A DNA stretch of 64,000 bases from contig NC_068991.1 in assembly GCF_001194135.2 (NCBI RefSeq), forward strand, positions 39,140,694 through 39,204,693, written 5' to 3'. The translations under genes and the position numbers were made by a program. Under the pieces are notes generated by a model, which was not told where the DNA came from, searched no databases, and worked only from the letters and a program-made list of their open reading frames with translations. Source of the stretch: Octopus bimaculoides. Taxonomy: Eukaryota. Below are positions 23,101-37,860 of the stretch, one piece after another (within the stretch, counting starts at the first letter, position 1; every line of letters starts with the position of its first letter).

Positions 23101-25200
23101 CTTCCCAACCTCATGGTACCAGGTCCAGTCCCACTGTGAAAGTGTCTTCTACTATAGTCCCAGGCTGACCAAAACCTTGTAAGTGGAATTGGTAAACAGA
23201 AACTGAAAGAAGTCCATCATATATGCATGTGTGTGTGTCTGAGCGAGTGTGAATCTGTATGTCTCCTTGTCTTGACATCGCGTGAAAGTTATAAAATTGC
23301 CACAATCATTAGAGCAGTGACATTCATTTCCCATATTTTGTGAGAACATGTTTTGCGAAACAGATGAGGATTGGAGACAGAAACAGTATCCAGCTGTAGA
23401 AAATCTGCCTCGTAAAACCCCCAACCTATACAAGCATGGAAAAATGGACGTTAAAATGATGATGATGATATAAACAAACACAGGTACACACATATATATA
23501 TATCTATGTATTTATTAATCAAAGTATACAGTATTAAAGATCCATTTCAGCCATTCTTACCAATTGGTTTCACACTGGATATTAGATAACACCATGGTCA
23601 AGTAACAGCATGTGATCTTCAGTGCAAATGGCTTCTTTCAATTTTGATCTACAAAATTCAATCATGAGGCTTTAGTTGGCCCAGGATTATAGTAGAAGAC
23701 ACTTGCTCATTATGCCATCAGTAGGATTCAGTCTGAAATGAGATGGCTGGGTATTAGCAAAAGATTAAATCACTTTACATGCTAATTCAGTGATGAGCTT
23801 TTTTAGTTGGTCAAACAACTGGGTGCTCGTACTCTGAAATCCTGGTGAGAGTCCATCAAACCTGAAATACTTCAACTCTTTGCATAAAGCCTCCAATAGA
23901 GTTATAACTTCTTCCACAAAGATAACTTGCTCTCAAAATACACAACTAAAAGTTTCAGGTAGTACCTCTATGATCAATGGCTTCTCACACAATATCTCTT
24001 TCACACACATACAATAAGTTAAAAATAAAGATGCTTTGTCAATGACATTGAAATCATTTGTATGTAATGAAATATCTTTTGCTGAGGTCATTTGGTTGAA
24101 ATATTGCATGACAATGCAAGCAGTTTTGTTGATCAATAAACAGCAGCACATTTTAGAAAAAATATTACTCTATTTAAAAGTTATATAGATCTATCTACAT
24201 TTTTATTTAAACAAGGAAAGACCGATTAATGTCTTACAAGAAAAATATTCATCTGCTTTATTTAGAACCAAAATTGTTACAAATTAATTATTTTGTTTAC
24301 ATTTAGCTTTGAGCACTGTTAAGAATTTAAAAATTTCTAAAATGTTCACAAAAACACATATCTACACACACATATATTTTAGAGAAATAGGTAGAAAGAC
24401 ATGAAACCTCAAATTTATTTAAGAAAATGAGAAATTGTGACAGTCATAACACGTGACAGTGGAACATAATCTTGACCATTGTTTAATTAATGAAAAATTT
24501 AGCATGATACAATGATAAATACACGTGAGTGAAACTCATTATTTTCATTGTCCATTTATCAATATTAATCATTGGAGTTTTCCACGAGCGGAGAGAAATC
24601 ATTTACTGTCTTCATTTTTCCGAAAAAGACAGCTAATTATTAACTAGGTACAGCATTTTGATTAATTAATATAATTTACGAGAATTTGTTTAATGAATCT
24701 GTGCAACAGTTTTGTGTTTATAAATAGTAAAATAATTTCAATCAATCCCAGTCTCAGTAATACAAATAAGTTGGATTTGTTATAGTCACAGCTGGCTCAG
24801 CTATTGTGTTGCTGCCTTATGGTAGTGATTGTTGACCCATATTTTATCAGTGTTGCTATGGCGCTCCCATGGCAATAAATACCTAATTCCTAAAGATTTA
24901 GTCCAACTAGCTATAAAATAGGTATCATGACATGGCACATCTCATTACCAAAAAACAGTTTGATTGACAAATGGTGGGCAAGCAATGTATCCAGGAGAAA
25001 GTGTGTTAATACACAGTTTCATAATGCCTTTAATACATTTATTACTAACAGTGGGTGAATTCTTTTCATTTTTAGTAGGTGGGTTTGGAGGAAGGAATAG
25101 TATCTTTCGCTACCACAGTCCTTCTGAAACTAGTGAGATAGATATCATTAATGTCCTGCTCAAACTGTTACAAGCCAATATTTGGAGGAAAGATACAAAC

Positions 25201-25243
<43 letters not shown>

Positions 25244-25610
25244 AAAGGAAAAACTAGTTGAAGTGGTTAGCACAGGGCCTGGGCAGGATAATAAAAACAA
25301 AAATCAATTTTTAGGAATTAAAGTGAAGACATCATTATCACCATCGTTTTACATCAACTTGTCATGCTGGCATAGGTGAACAGTTTGACAGGGATCCAAT
25401 GTCTTGCTCCAGTGTCTAAGTTTTGGTATATTTCTACAGCTGGATACCCTTCCTTATACCAATTACCTTACAGAGTGCACAGGGTTCCTTTTTGTGGCAC
25501 CAGCATAAATGAAGTTACTATGTAACTTGCAGTACTAAAGAGCCCTCACAAGTGAGAGAGAGAGTATAATAGAGAGACAAATGGCTTTATGCAAGATGTT
25601 GAAAGGTTAA

Positions 25611-25901
25611 CCCATTACCTACCAGTGATCTCATATGAGATCACTTAAAAATTACAAATTTCGTAATTATCTGTCAATATTTACACATATCTAGCCTTTT
25701 TGCTATATCTACTTGGTATTTTTCTCTGATATTCAAATGAGATTTGCTAATTTTCCACCCAATATCTCGCTTATTTCTATTTAAAATGTTATTTTGAAAT
25801 GTTATTTTGATCATTCGAGCATGTTTCTAAGGCTGTTTTATGCTAGAAATCAAAGTTTCATAAAAAAGATTCCAGTTAATAGAATTATGGGAGGTATTGG
25901 G
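25611..25901. mobile_element. piggyBac-type MITE family 2 (291 bp)
   Basis: TTAA at 25607-25610 and 25902-25905; TIR cccattacctacca versus cccaatacctccca. Confidence 0.75.
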
Positions 25902-26524
25902 TTAAAGTATGATAAAAGGGACAGGACTGTTCCTGTTTGTGGAGAAGATAATTGGGTATCCTACATTGTATAAGGGTGGGTGTGATTAAAAGGGGTGAAA
26001 CGAGATATGTAAAACAAAAAGTTTGTGACTTCACTATTTTCAAATGTGGCAGAGATGAAATACTTTGGATATTACTAGTTAATTGAAAGACTTAAATGAA
26101 ATTACAAGAAACTTATACTGATAAAAATAAAATAATGATAAATTAGTTATTAGCACAATAGAAAAATATCAGGAAATCAAAGAAACTGGAAATAGTTTCT
26201 GTGTCAGCATTTAATGCTTCCTCTAATTTTAGAAGCCAATGAGTGCAAAAATTTTGTGAAAATTGTTTTTCCAGTGTTTCCCTACACTATATAATAATTA
26301 TTAATTAGTTTGTTATTTTAAGTAATTAACATTTCACGCACACATTAATGCCTTTTGTGTATCGGTTGCAAAATGTGCATATGCACACAGTGGAAACAGT
26401 GTTAGCAATTAGTTTATGGAGGAGTGTAAATTCAAGTATGATACATTAGGTAATCCTGTTTTTAATAGCTTAAATGAAACAATGTTTCTCTCAACATTAT
26501 GCATTTTCACAATTCTTTGGTTTG

Positions 26525-26686
26525 GTCATGTGGTGTGGATGGATGAGGACAATTGCATAAAGAAGTGCTGATCACTTAAAGTGGATGGAAGTTGTGAAAA
26601 AGAGAGACCAAGGAAGATATAAGATGAAGTATCAAAGGCTAATCTCAAAATGCTGAACCTCACAGAGATGACAAAGGACTGGGATA
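26525..26686 (+). mobile_element. RTE-type LINE 3' ORF fragment
   Basis: GHVVWMDEDNCIKKC*SLKVDGSCEKERPRK; a homologous piece lies on the minus strand at about 49230-49370. Confidence 0.65.
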
Positions 26687-27732
26687 TATATATATATATA
26701 TATATAATTATAATAATATTAGGGACAAAATCCAAAATTACAGGTAAAAACTCAATTAAACCAATTTTCATCGATGAGTTCTTGAAACTTGGTTATTTTC
26801 CCTAAAACTATATATATATATATATTACTGTAGTCAAGAAAACCCATTCTCTACAACAGAATTCATATCCTAAAATCACATAAACAGTGCTGGTGCTGGT
26901 ACCACATAAAAAGCATCCAGTATACTCTGTAAAGTGGTTACTGTTAGAAAGAGCATCTAACTGTAGAAATCAGACCAAAACAGACTATGGAACCTGGTGT
27001 GACCCCTGGCCTTACCAGCTCCTGTCAAGCTGTCCAACTCATGCCAACATGGAAAATGGATGTTAAATGATGATGATGATGATGATGACAGTATTACTTT
27101 AATTGTTCTTAAAAATTATTAGAATGCTTATAAAGATGTTGAAAGATAATTAACTTTTAACTTGAATTTCTTACGGCTTTTTTTTTTTGTTACCATATTT
27201 GTTGAAATATACTCCTTTTATTTCAATTAATTTAGAAAATAATGAAGAATTTAGTCATAATCAAGTTCAGAACTTTGTTGTTATTAAATAAGTATTTGGA
27301 ACATAAGATAAAATTAGAACATTATAGGTGCAGGTGTGGCTGTGTAGTAAGGTACGTTTCTCAACCACATGGTTCTGAGCTCAGTCCCACTGTGTTGCAT
27401 CTTGGACAAGTGTCTTCTACTAAAGATCTGGGCAAACCAGAGCCTTGTTAGTGGATTTGGTAGGCAGAAACTGAAAGAAGCCAGTCATATATATGCATGC
27501 CTTTGTGTTTATGTTTGTCCCCCATCACCACTACTTGACAACTAATGCTGGTTTATCTATGTCCGTGACTTAGTGGTTTGGCAAAGAAGACTGATAGAAT
27601 AAATACTAGGCTTAAAAATAAGTACTGGGGTCGATTCAACTGAAACAAGTTACAGATAATATAAAATTTTGATGGAAGGTTTTAACTATTTTCTCAAAAC
27701 CATTGAATCAAACAATGATACTTTGATGTTAA

Positions 27733-27950
27733 CTCTAGCATTTAAACAGGCCGTATCTAGCCAAAATATTCTACCTGCTTTATGTTCAAACTAGCCAGAT
27801 GTGGGCTTTCACATCAATCCTACAATATCATTCTAAACATTAACAGTTACCTCATCAATATCTCAAAGATACAAGATAATGCATAATTAATTCAAGACAA
27901 AGTGAATAAATAAACATTACTTTTGACAGAATAATGTGAGTGCTAAAGGG
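27733..27950. mobile_element. piggyBac-type MITE family 1 copy
   Basis: ttaa-ctctagcattt...gtgctaaaggg-ttaa. Confidence 0.8.
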
Positions 27951-28176
27951 TTAAGGCATTGTATACTTGTTTCAGTCATTTGACTGTGGCCATGCTTGGA
28001 CACCACCTTGAAGGGTTTTAGCCAAACGAATCAACCCCAGGACAGTTTTTTTTTAAAGCCTGGTATTTATCCTATTGGGCTCTTTTGGCTGAACTGCTAA
28101 GTTACAGGGATATAAACACAGCAACACTAGTTGTTAAGTGGTGGTGGTAGGACAAACTCAAAGACACACATATCTA

Positions 28177-28218
<42 letters not shown>

Positions 28219-28723
28219 CATACATATGATGGACTTCTTCCAGTTTCTGTCTACCAAATCCACTCACAAAACTTTGGTCGGCCTGAGGCTACAGTAGAAG
28301 ACACTTGCCCACGGTGCCATGCAATGGGACTGAACCTAAAACCATGTTGTTGGGAAGCAATGAAAATGCTTTAATAAATTTTCCTAAACATTATGAAATC
28401 CAAAAGAAAAGTAATGTAAAATACTGATTCAATTCTAATTAAGCATTTTATTAATTATAAAAATAGCATTTATTAAAATGTTTTCTTGAATATTAAAAAC
28501 TTTACTAACATACCCATACACACCGCTATTGAAACTTGAAAACCTGTGCATTGACCTGTTAAATGCATTCAAGCAATAACATTTTTAACCCAAATAACAA
28601 TGAAGTCACAGGATATGATCATTACTTGCCTCATCAATACATAACATAAATTAACAGTGACTTCTTAAAAAGATCCATAACCAGTGTCCTTAAATAGTAG
28701 AAATAGAAATGTTTTTTTTTAAA

Positions 28724-28936
28724 CCCTTTCATATTCAGCTTACTCTATCAAATATAATGCTTATTTAATCAAACTGTTTTTAATTAATTATGCATTATCT
28801 CACCTTTGAGCTTTTGGTGATGTGATGCTTATTTTTAGAATGACATTGTAAGATAGGTGTGAGAGGCTGGATTTGGCTAGTTTGAACGTAAAACAAAATA
28901 TTTTGGTTGAATATGATGGGTTTAAATGCCAAAAGG
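28724..28936. mobile_element. piggyBac-type MITE family 1 copy
   Basis: ccctttcatattcagcttactc...aaatgccaaaagg-ttaa. Confidence 0.78.
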
Positions 28937-31900
28937 TTAAATGCTGTTTACGTTTGAAAGAGAAGATAAACAGATGATAAACTTTTTGTTATTTTTTAGT
29001 GATTAGCTATGTTTCTGATCTAAACAGACTGTCATTCATTTCTTTTAGAAGTAGGAAAATAAAGAATATAGTGGCATATTCTATTTTTCATTGTATAAGA
29101 CATGCTGTAGTGTAAGACACACCATCTTATATAAGTAGTTGTTTTTAGGAGTGGAAAAAATGTAAATTTTCATTTGATTTATTGACACATAAGACAAGGT
29201 GTGTTTCAGAGATACAAGTTTTGGTTGAAAAAAAAAAAAAAATTCATACATAAGTTAAAAATAGATTTTTTAAGTTTTGGAAGGTATAAAAGGAAACAAG
29301 TGACACTTGTGTTTGATCTTTCTTTACTTGAATCTTTAAAAAAAATTAAAATGTAAAAATATATCTTCAGTATTATCAGACTTATAAATACTTGCATACC
29401 CATGCAGATTTGTTAGTAACTAAATTAGTTAGAAAACAATATCAAAATCAAACAATAAATAGGTATTTCTTCAAAAAAAACATGAAAACAACTGCAAAAT
29501 ATTTCATTCTTAAATAATATATTCAATGTTATTTCACATCGATAGTTCTGAGATGAACTGTGGTTAAAATAGAATGACATTTACAAACTCTAAATCTCAT
29601 TTCTCATGTCTTTACTATCTACATTACATTCTGTTTAGTGTATTCTCAAGGGTCTTCAGGTTATTTTCGTCACAAAGTTTAAATATATCCAGCCATAATC
29701 TTAGTGATTAAAATAAAGGCTGTCGAGTTTAAAATCCAGTCTAAGTATACATATGTAGGAATAGCACACCTGAAGATGCTTGAGGAATAGACCAACTGAA
29801 AGAAAGTGTAAGAAATTGAAATGAAAAAGGTGATGTGAGTAGAACTGAAAATATCAAACTATTTTAACATTCAAAAGAATTTGTTTAAACTGAAAACAAT
29901 ATATATAATTATGGTGAATAAGATATTTCTAGAAATAATTTAAAACACTACAGAAAACAAAAATGCTTTTTCTCACAGCAAATGGATAAATTAGAAAAAA
30001 AAAAAAAATTAATTTTGGTCTTCTTGCAAAACTTGTAAATTTTCTGAGAATTCTTTCCTCACCAAAGACATAGCAGGGTTGAATCCTAAAGGGTTAAGTT
30101 AATCCCAGCAAGATTTGAACTCAAAACGTAGAAAGAGAAGGAACTAAATACCATGACATTTTGTCCAAGTCTATTATTTCTGGCACTTCACTGCCTTTTT
30201 ATTTGTATAGAGACAAACAAGAACTAAATGCAAAAAAAAAAAAAAGAAAAAAAAAGTAAGCATCAAGTAGCACTTGAACATGAAACCTTTGGTTAATGGC
30301 CTGTTACATTTACTATTTATACTGGCTCTGTATGATTTTTCAGTTTTATTACAACCCCCTATGACATGGTGAGGAATGGAGGAGTACTTGCGTGTGTGAG
30401 TGTGTATATGTGTCTGTGTGAGTTAATAGATGTTTGGAAGATGTTAATAAATGATGTGAAGGAGCATATATGTAAGTATGTAAGTGTATATGTGTGAATA
30501 AGTATATGAATAAATATGTGAATGAAATATATTTACAAAAATGTGTATAGTAAGAATATTGCAAGAATACCTAACATTTTATATATATCTCAAAATTTAT
30601 GATTTTAGAATTTTTTTTTTTTTTTAGATAAAATTCAGACAATATCCTCTACAACATGAATCCATTCCTTTATGGGTAAAAATAAAGATTAAAAAATGTT
30701 CTAATAATAAGAGATAAAAAAGAAATTACACTCATCAAAGACAACATTTTGAAGGATTTGGTTAGGATTGATAGCATTTTGGACATTTTACTCTCAGCCA
30801 CATAGAAATATTCTTATTGTCAATCCTGCTTCCACTGAATTCACCCTTTCAATTCTGTAACACCATAAACACCAGTATGCTGCCTATTTAATGGTTACAA
30901 TAAGTAGCTATTCTAATTAGAAGTCCTATTGTCAGTGAATTAATGCTTCCAATACTACACTGGTTAGCAATGCTACATTAAAGCTACAATATAATGACTA
31001 ATTCTAATTGCAGCTTTTTCAAATCTATAGAAATTGGAAGCACCATATAATGGATAAACTATGGAATCATTCTAACTGTAAATCCCGTTGTTAATGGATT
31101 AACGCTGCTGGCAGCAATGAATATACTCTCTCTCACACACACATTAATTCTATGTTTTAGAAAACAAGAATTGGCAGCTGTCACTAACAGTTATGACAAT
31201 GTATTAACACCTTCATTGCACATCTACAGTCATCAGTATGATGACTATTCTAACTGAAAATGTAGTAAAAGAGTTTAAAATATTGTGGGGTAGTCATAGA
31301 ATATGTAAAAAGAACAGAAATTTGAGCTTTGTTAAAAGTTATATTCAAGTTTGCAAATTAAGAAAGAAGCCTCTTCTGAGCCAAGCCCATGCTGTGGCTT
31401 CATTCTCTACTAAAATCGCAACACTTGTATAAAATTTGTATTTTTGAGAAAGGCATACAAATCACAACATCCAATCTACTCTCTTCTGTAAATCTATAGC
31501 TTTGAACTCAAGTGAGAAAAGTTATGAGAAATTCAAATCTTTAAGACTGGAAACAAAAATCTATCCCAGAACTTTTCTCATGATGGATGGCAGGAGTGGA
31601 CTGAGCCGTCGGTCAATTAGCACTGCCCAAAGGCCTGGAGCTCTGAGGGGCCCTCACTCTACATTTTAACTGATTTAACTGAAATAACTTCTTTTTTAAT
31701 AGCAAATATGATTCTAGACAAATTAATTTAGTGATATTTTTAATGAGGGTGTAAATGGTCCAGCTGATAAAATATTGGACAACCAGCAGGGAGGATCACC
31801 AGCATTCAAGCTAATGAAGGAACCTCTTGTAGTTGCTTGGCCTCCTAGAAATCGCCACAAGTTTTGCTCAAGTCACATCTAACCATCTTGAAAAATGTTG

Positions 31901-34900
31901 GATAATGTGGTTCTGGGTTCACTGTACATAGGAATAAGATGGAATGGTTACGGCTGGATTACCTCTTATCATAAGCCTATTTGATCTGGATTTACAACAA
32001 TTTAACTTGCAACAGCAAACTCCACCTAGATATAAGTAGCATTTACTTTACTAAGAGCACAGATGTGAGTAATGACAGTACTATGTTGGCTTGTAGTACT
32101 GGGTTCAATTCTTTCAGTAGGAAAAACCACTTGTAATAGTTCAAGGGCTTATATTAAGAGATTCATCTTTCATCTACTAAACACTGAAGAAAAATCAGGA
32201 AAAGGCACCAGCCTTATGGAATCTTTTTAATTATAGCTGTAAATGACTGTAAACTTAGCAATGAAAATGACAGATCTTGCCTTCTTTGAAGACAATAAAG
32301 CATAAGTGCAATGGAATGGCATCTAAGAGGATATAAAGTTGGGTTGCAGCCTTGGCCTCACCAGGAGCTTGGTACTAGCTCCTTAGACCTACCAAGTAAA
32401 ATATTTTCTTGACAATTCTTTGCTGGTATAGTAAGATTCTACAGGAAGAAATCGATCCATTTGAAAGCTACTTTAAGAGTATGAATAATTGGCATCACTC
32501 ACTTGTAAAGGATTTCTTCATATTCCATCAGGAAAAAAAAAAATGTAATAAAAATTTGTTTTTACCTTACAAGGCCTTCCTAAAATGAAGGAAAGCTTGG
32601 AAGCAATTCCAGATATTAAAAGAATAAAAGAAATATAATTTCCAAATTCATGTTGAGACAAAAACATGAAAACAGTAGCATACCAGGCATAGGGAAGCAG
32701 GCTGTACAGAATATTTATAAATTTAAATGTTGTCATATAAATAATATTGTCTTATAAAATGTTTCATTAACAGTATACTTTCTTTATAAATAGTGCAAAA
32801 TACCTTAATAATATTCAAAAACAAACAGTTAACATGTTTGAGAAAAATAACAGTAACAATAGTACAAAAATAAAGTACTCTTAGTAGACCTGGTGGTGGT
32901 GGTGGTATCGTCTATTGTCCCCATTTTGTTTCATTAGTTATATGAGGTTGCTGCTGGTACTAAAGCCCAAAGTAAGCTGTGACAATTCAGCATGATGAAT
33001 TAATCAAGCTAAGAGTGACAGACATTCCTAACAGGTTGTGAGCAATTTCAATTAGATAATATACTTACAATAAATATATTCATCAAATCATTTATTTGAT
33101 GGGTGGAGTTTCTGTACAAAACACATTTTTCCTCTCGACTGACATGATTCATTTGTTTTTACTAATGAGTTACATTGTTATTGTTTAACAATCCATATGC
33201 CCAATCAACTTAAATAAGATAAGAGTGTACAAGTGAGTTTTGGAGTATAGGTTAAACAAGCAACAATTTGAGACTGTAATCCTCTTTTGATTCCCACATA
33301 ACTATTTTACTTTACAAATTTTGTTATTACTCTCGAGAAAGTATGTCACAGAACTTTACTAATCAAAAAACCTTGTGTCTACAAAAGAAATCAATATCAA
33401 TTTATTATGTGTAATTTATTCAAAATAATTATCTTTGATTTTTTTTTTAAACTAAAAATCTTTAATTTTATCAATGAGCTTATGCAGAGCTAATGTCTTT
33501 TGTAAAAACATTTTTTCAATATGTTCAGCTTGGAATCAAGTTGTACTAAATACCACTGCATTTCCAACATTCTGTAAGCCAACAAGGGAATTTCTATCTA
33601 GCTGTTTGACCAACTAGTAATAGCAACTATATTTCCCTCAAATTACTCTCCACTATCTTAAAAAGAAAGACACACACTGGATAATGTAACCCTAGGTATC
33701 TGGGCAAAAAAAGACATCTAAAACTGAATTGAATAACTCAATGTGTTCTTGGTACCTTTATTGAGTAAATTTTGAGTTAAATAGCATAACAACATCTTTT
33801 CCAATCTTGCTTTTAGCTAGAGCGACTAACCCACAACAATTTAAACTGATTGTTAATCCCAGTTTAATTGATCATTAATCAGTTAACGATCAGTTAAATA
33901 ATTAACTGATTAATGTGAAATTAATAATATGACCAAGTAATCCCCCTCTCTCCTCCATCTCTTCTTGACAAAACTCATGAGGTTAAAGGACACTTTCACA
34001 GGTCATCTAATAAAAGAAACTAACTATTTAATTATTAATTTTCATGAATATATTTCTATGGCGGTTTTTTTATTTACTTTGTTGCTTTGTTCTTGGGCTT
34101 TTAGAAATTTAGGGAAATCATTTGACCCAAACCAGTAAACCTCATATACTGATATTTGGCTTTTATTTTCAAAATTTATAAAAATAGAACTTTCTATTCA
34201 AATATATAAAACATATACACATAGATAAAATGTTAGGTGTAAGGCACTTTGTGTAAAAAGGAAGAGTTATTTATACTTCATTAAAATCAAAATGTTGAAA
34301 GTATAATGTGATGTGAAAAACAACATAAGAACTGTAATTTTATCAATAACCAATACTTTTTTAATAATTTTTTATATTTTATATTTTGCTTTACTATGCT
34401 ATGTTGTGTAGTTATTATTTAGTTTGCATGGTTCTCAGTGCTCATGCAATGTCACACCACCACTCTCTTTTATACATCAAAACTCTGACCCATTTTTCCA
34501 CCTCCAATTAAGGAGAGTTCAGCAGATAACAGGAATTTTACTTTGTAAATTTACTGGCGTTTTTTTAGAATTTTACACAATGAAGAATCTTTTGAATCAA
34601 GAACTGTACTCAAACCAAAGCAATAACAAATTCAATTCTTAATTTTGTAATCAACAGATTTTACAATACTCTTTAAATTCAAGTAAAATGACTTGTTTAA
34701 CTTTTTTGCTTGTCACAATTCTTTTTGCTATTTTCTTTAAATTACCACAGATATTTATCTTTTGTTTAATGAGTTAAAGTTACCACAGTTTTTAATAAAT
34801 GCAATAACAAATAAACTTTGTTGTTAAATTAAAATTGTGCAAAATGCTTCTTGTTATTTGCTCCTTGCTGAACTCTCCTTTTGTAGAGTAAAGTAGGTCA

Positions 34901-35658
34901 GGGGTTTGATGTATAAATGTGGGTGGTGGCGCAAATGTGTATGAATGCTTGTTCTTCCCTTTGTAGCCCATCTTGAGAAATAACAGTCTGGGCTAACAGT
35001 AACATTACTTTAGTAGAACAAGCATACTTTTATGTTCAGCAAAAAAGAAACTGAAAGAATAATTTGTTAGATACACAGTCATATAAACAAACACACAGAG
35101 CTATATCTAAATATTTTGATGGTTTTTACATACATTTTCATAACACTTACAGCTAGTATTGTGTTCTTCATTCTGTGCTGGCAGCAACTGAGTCAGAGCA
35201 AGGAAATCTAAATTATTTTGAGGCACAAAGACATCAAGAATGGACAATTTGCAAGAAAACATTTTTTTACAACACAAACACACACACAAAATTGACATTT
35301 TAAAATAAATTAAAAACAAAGAATGTTACCTAAGTTGAATTAAAAATAAATATTTGTGTGTAAATATTCTACAATAAAAATATGTTTGTAAATTTATAAT
35401 TGGGTATTGAATTTCTAAATTCCAATAACCCTATAGAAAACATGATAACATTTCTGTGATAAAAATATATTGATATATATATATATGAGATAAATATATA
35501 TTTTTTCCATTTTCTCTCCTTTCTACAAGAACTTACAATAGTTATTAGCACCTAATATCTTTGTTGTGTTAAAAGATATTAAAATAGAATCTAAGAAAGA
35601 ACTTCTTTCAGTGTCTTCTTCAAACAAAACTCTCCAATGTTAGTTCTTCAATCAGCCA

Positions 35659-35682
35659 TCACAGAAGAACTTTTTCCAGCCA
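35659..35682 (-). CDS. CAPN: Calpain terminal coding segment: WLEKVLL*
   Basis: Strong acceptor ttttaccctttctcttaatttcag followed by tgg ctg gaa aaa gtt ctt ctg tga; classical calpains end in a short WL-starting exon. Confidence 0.85.
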   Translation of the reverse strand, partial: WLEKVLL

Positions 35683-37828
35683 CTGAAATTAAGAGAAAGG
35701 GTAAAAGTAATTTAAAAGAAAATAATACAACTCTCTCACACACACACAATAACCAAAACAGTTTCTGTTCCTAATTGTCATTATTTTAAACCAATTCACT
35801 TACACTGAAAATATGTTAGTGAAAGGCATTAATGCTATACAATCATATTTCTTTCTTTCTCCTATGAATCTGAAACAATGAATCTATTTGAGAAAGGAAA
35901 AACAAATAATGTTTCTTTTTTGTTTCACACAAGTTAACCCTTCTGATACCAAATTGCCCAAGTATCTAAAATACAAACTTCCTCTCTTAAAGTGATCTAA
36001 ATTAAAACCTTCCATAAAAATTTCATATTAATTTACATTCCAAAATCCAGTTTAATAATGATAAAGTTATTCTACTAAATTCTTCACTATCACGGAAATT
36101 AATTGAAATAAAGGCAGTGTGTTTTAATAGGGATTTGGTAATCAAATTAATTATTTAGACCAAAGTAGCAGCACAATGCGAGTTATGTTCATAACCTTCA
36201 TAACAAATCCAGTTGACCAAATGTCATAATTTTGACTGGATATGGAAACCAAGTTATAGTCTAGGTTTGCTTAGAGCTTTCCATCACATCACAGTCTATA
36301 AGACTAATGTCAGTTAACCAATATTTATCTCATATAAACCTCATGAATAGAGTTAACTATTTTACACTTTCTTAATAATTAAGGAAAATAATTTCTCATA
36401 TTTACACAAAATTATAGGGAAAGGGGATTGGTGGGGTTAGTTGATCCCAACAACCACAATAAATAGAGTCAACATTGTCATTTTAAGACTGTTTTTCCAA
36501 GCTTGAATGGGTTGAATGAATGAATCCTCTTCAACACAGCATCCAGTCACTTACTTCCAATGTAAATCATTGATTAGGAGTTTGGCAATGTTTTACAGGC
36601 TGGATGCCATTCCTATCACCATCCACTTTACAGTAATAGTACTTACTTTGTTTAACACTTCCTCCCTTGCACCATCAAGCTAATGAATACCATGTTTGTC
36701 ACAGAATTTTTGTAGTAAGACAGCACAAAGACTGATTACCCATTGCTTTTTCTGGAGTGTTTTTGTTGGCTACAGCCAGTTCTGAGAGGGTGAAAGAAAG
36801 AAGAATTGACTCCAGTGCTTAACTGGTACTATATTTATCAACCCTGAATGAATGTAAAGCAAAGTTTATTACAGCAGCATTTGAAGTGAGAGTGCAAAGA
36901 ACTCTAACAAATACCATAAGGTAGTCTGACACTAACAACTTGACCAATTCAATATGCTACCATTTTATAAACCATGAACCATGGGGGTCATGAATGTCAA
37001 AAGTGACTATGACAGGATCTGATCTTAAAACAAAGAGGAGTGTATAGTGGGGATTAGATTTAAAACTGTTAGCTCAGTGATGAGAAACAGGCCCCAGCAT
37101 ATCAGGTGACTTGCCCTGGATTCTGATCAAAAGTATTTCAGTTGTAATTATAAGACCAATGGAATTTTCCATGAGCTTCCTGCCAAAATAAGGTCATAAA
37201 TATAAGTGTGCAACAATCAGTGCAGAAATTGAGAGAAGTCCCACAAAAGACAGGTAAACAGGATCCTTAGTCACTGCTTGACCTTGGGTTAAAAAGAATG
37301 ACTTCATCTATAATGCATTTCTCTGAGCACTGACATTCTTAATTCCTACCTCTCACTAACACAAAGATAAGCTATCTAATTCTTAGCCAATATACATACA
37401 TAATCCACCGCAAGTAATCAGCAATCCAGCTTCTGGTAAATAACTATTGTAATCGTTGTAATGGCTATGTATAAATAAAAGATTTCCTCAAAAACTTCAA
37501 ATAGAAAATGGTTTTAATATGGGAAAAATACCGTCAAAACCAGCCTAACAAAAATATCAATGACACATCTAACCTGTAATAAAGGGATTTAGTTGGTGTC
37601 TTCCTTGTTTTGACACTCTACCAGCATATCAATAATAATATAAATCATTTCTACTATAGGCATAAAGTCTGGAATTTTGAGGGAGAGGGAAAGTCGACTA
37701 CAGGGACCCCAGTGCTCAACTGGTACTTATTTCATTGACCTTGAAAGGATGAAAGGTATTCTCAACTTCAGACAGACAAAATGCCACAATGCATTTTTCT
37801 GGCATGCTAACAATTCTGCTAGCTCGCC

Positions 37829-37860
<32 letters not shown>

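Noticed and set aside
33845-33915. Palindromic taatcagttaa/ttaactgatta cluster
   Set aside because: Short and AT-rich; resembles degraded transposon subterminal repeats, but no element ends were found.
35141-35210. Minus-strand GTAAGT donor in the presumed calpain 3' UTR
   Set aside because: Weak exonic context, no convincing acceptor or coding signal; the poly(A) site could not be determined either.
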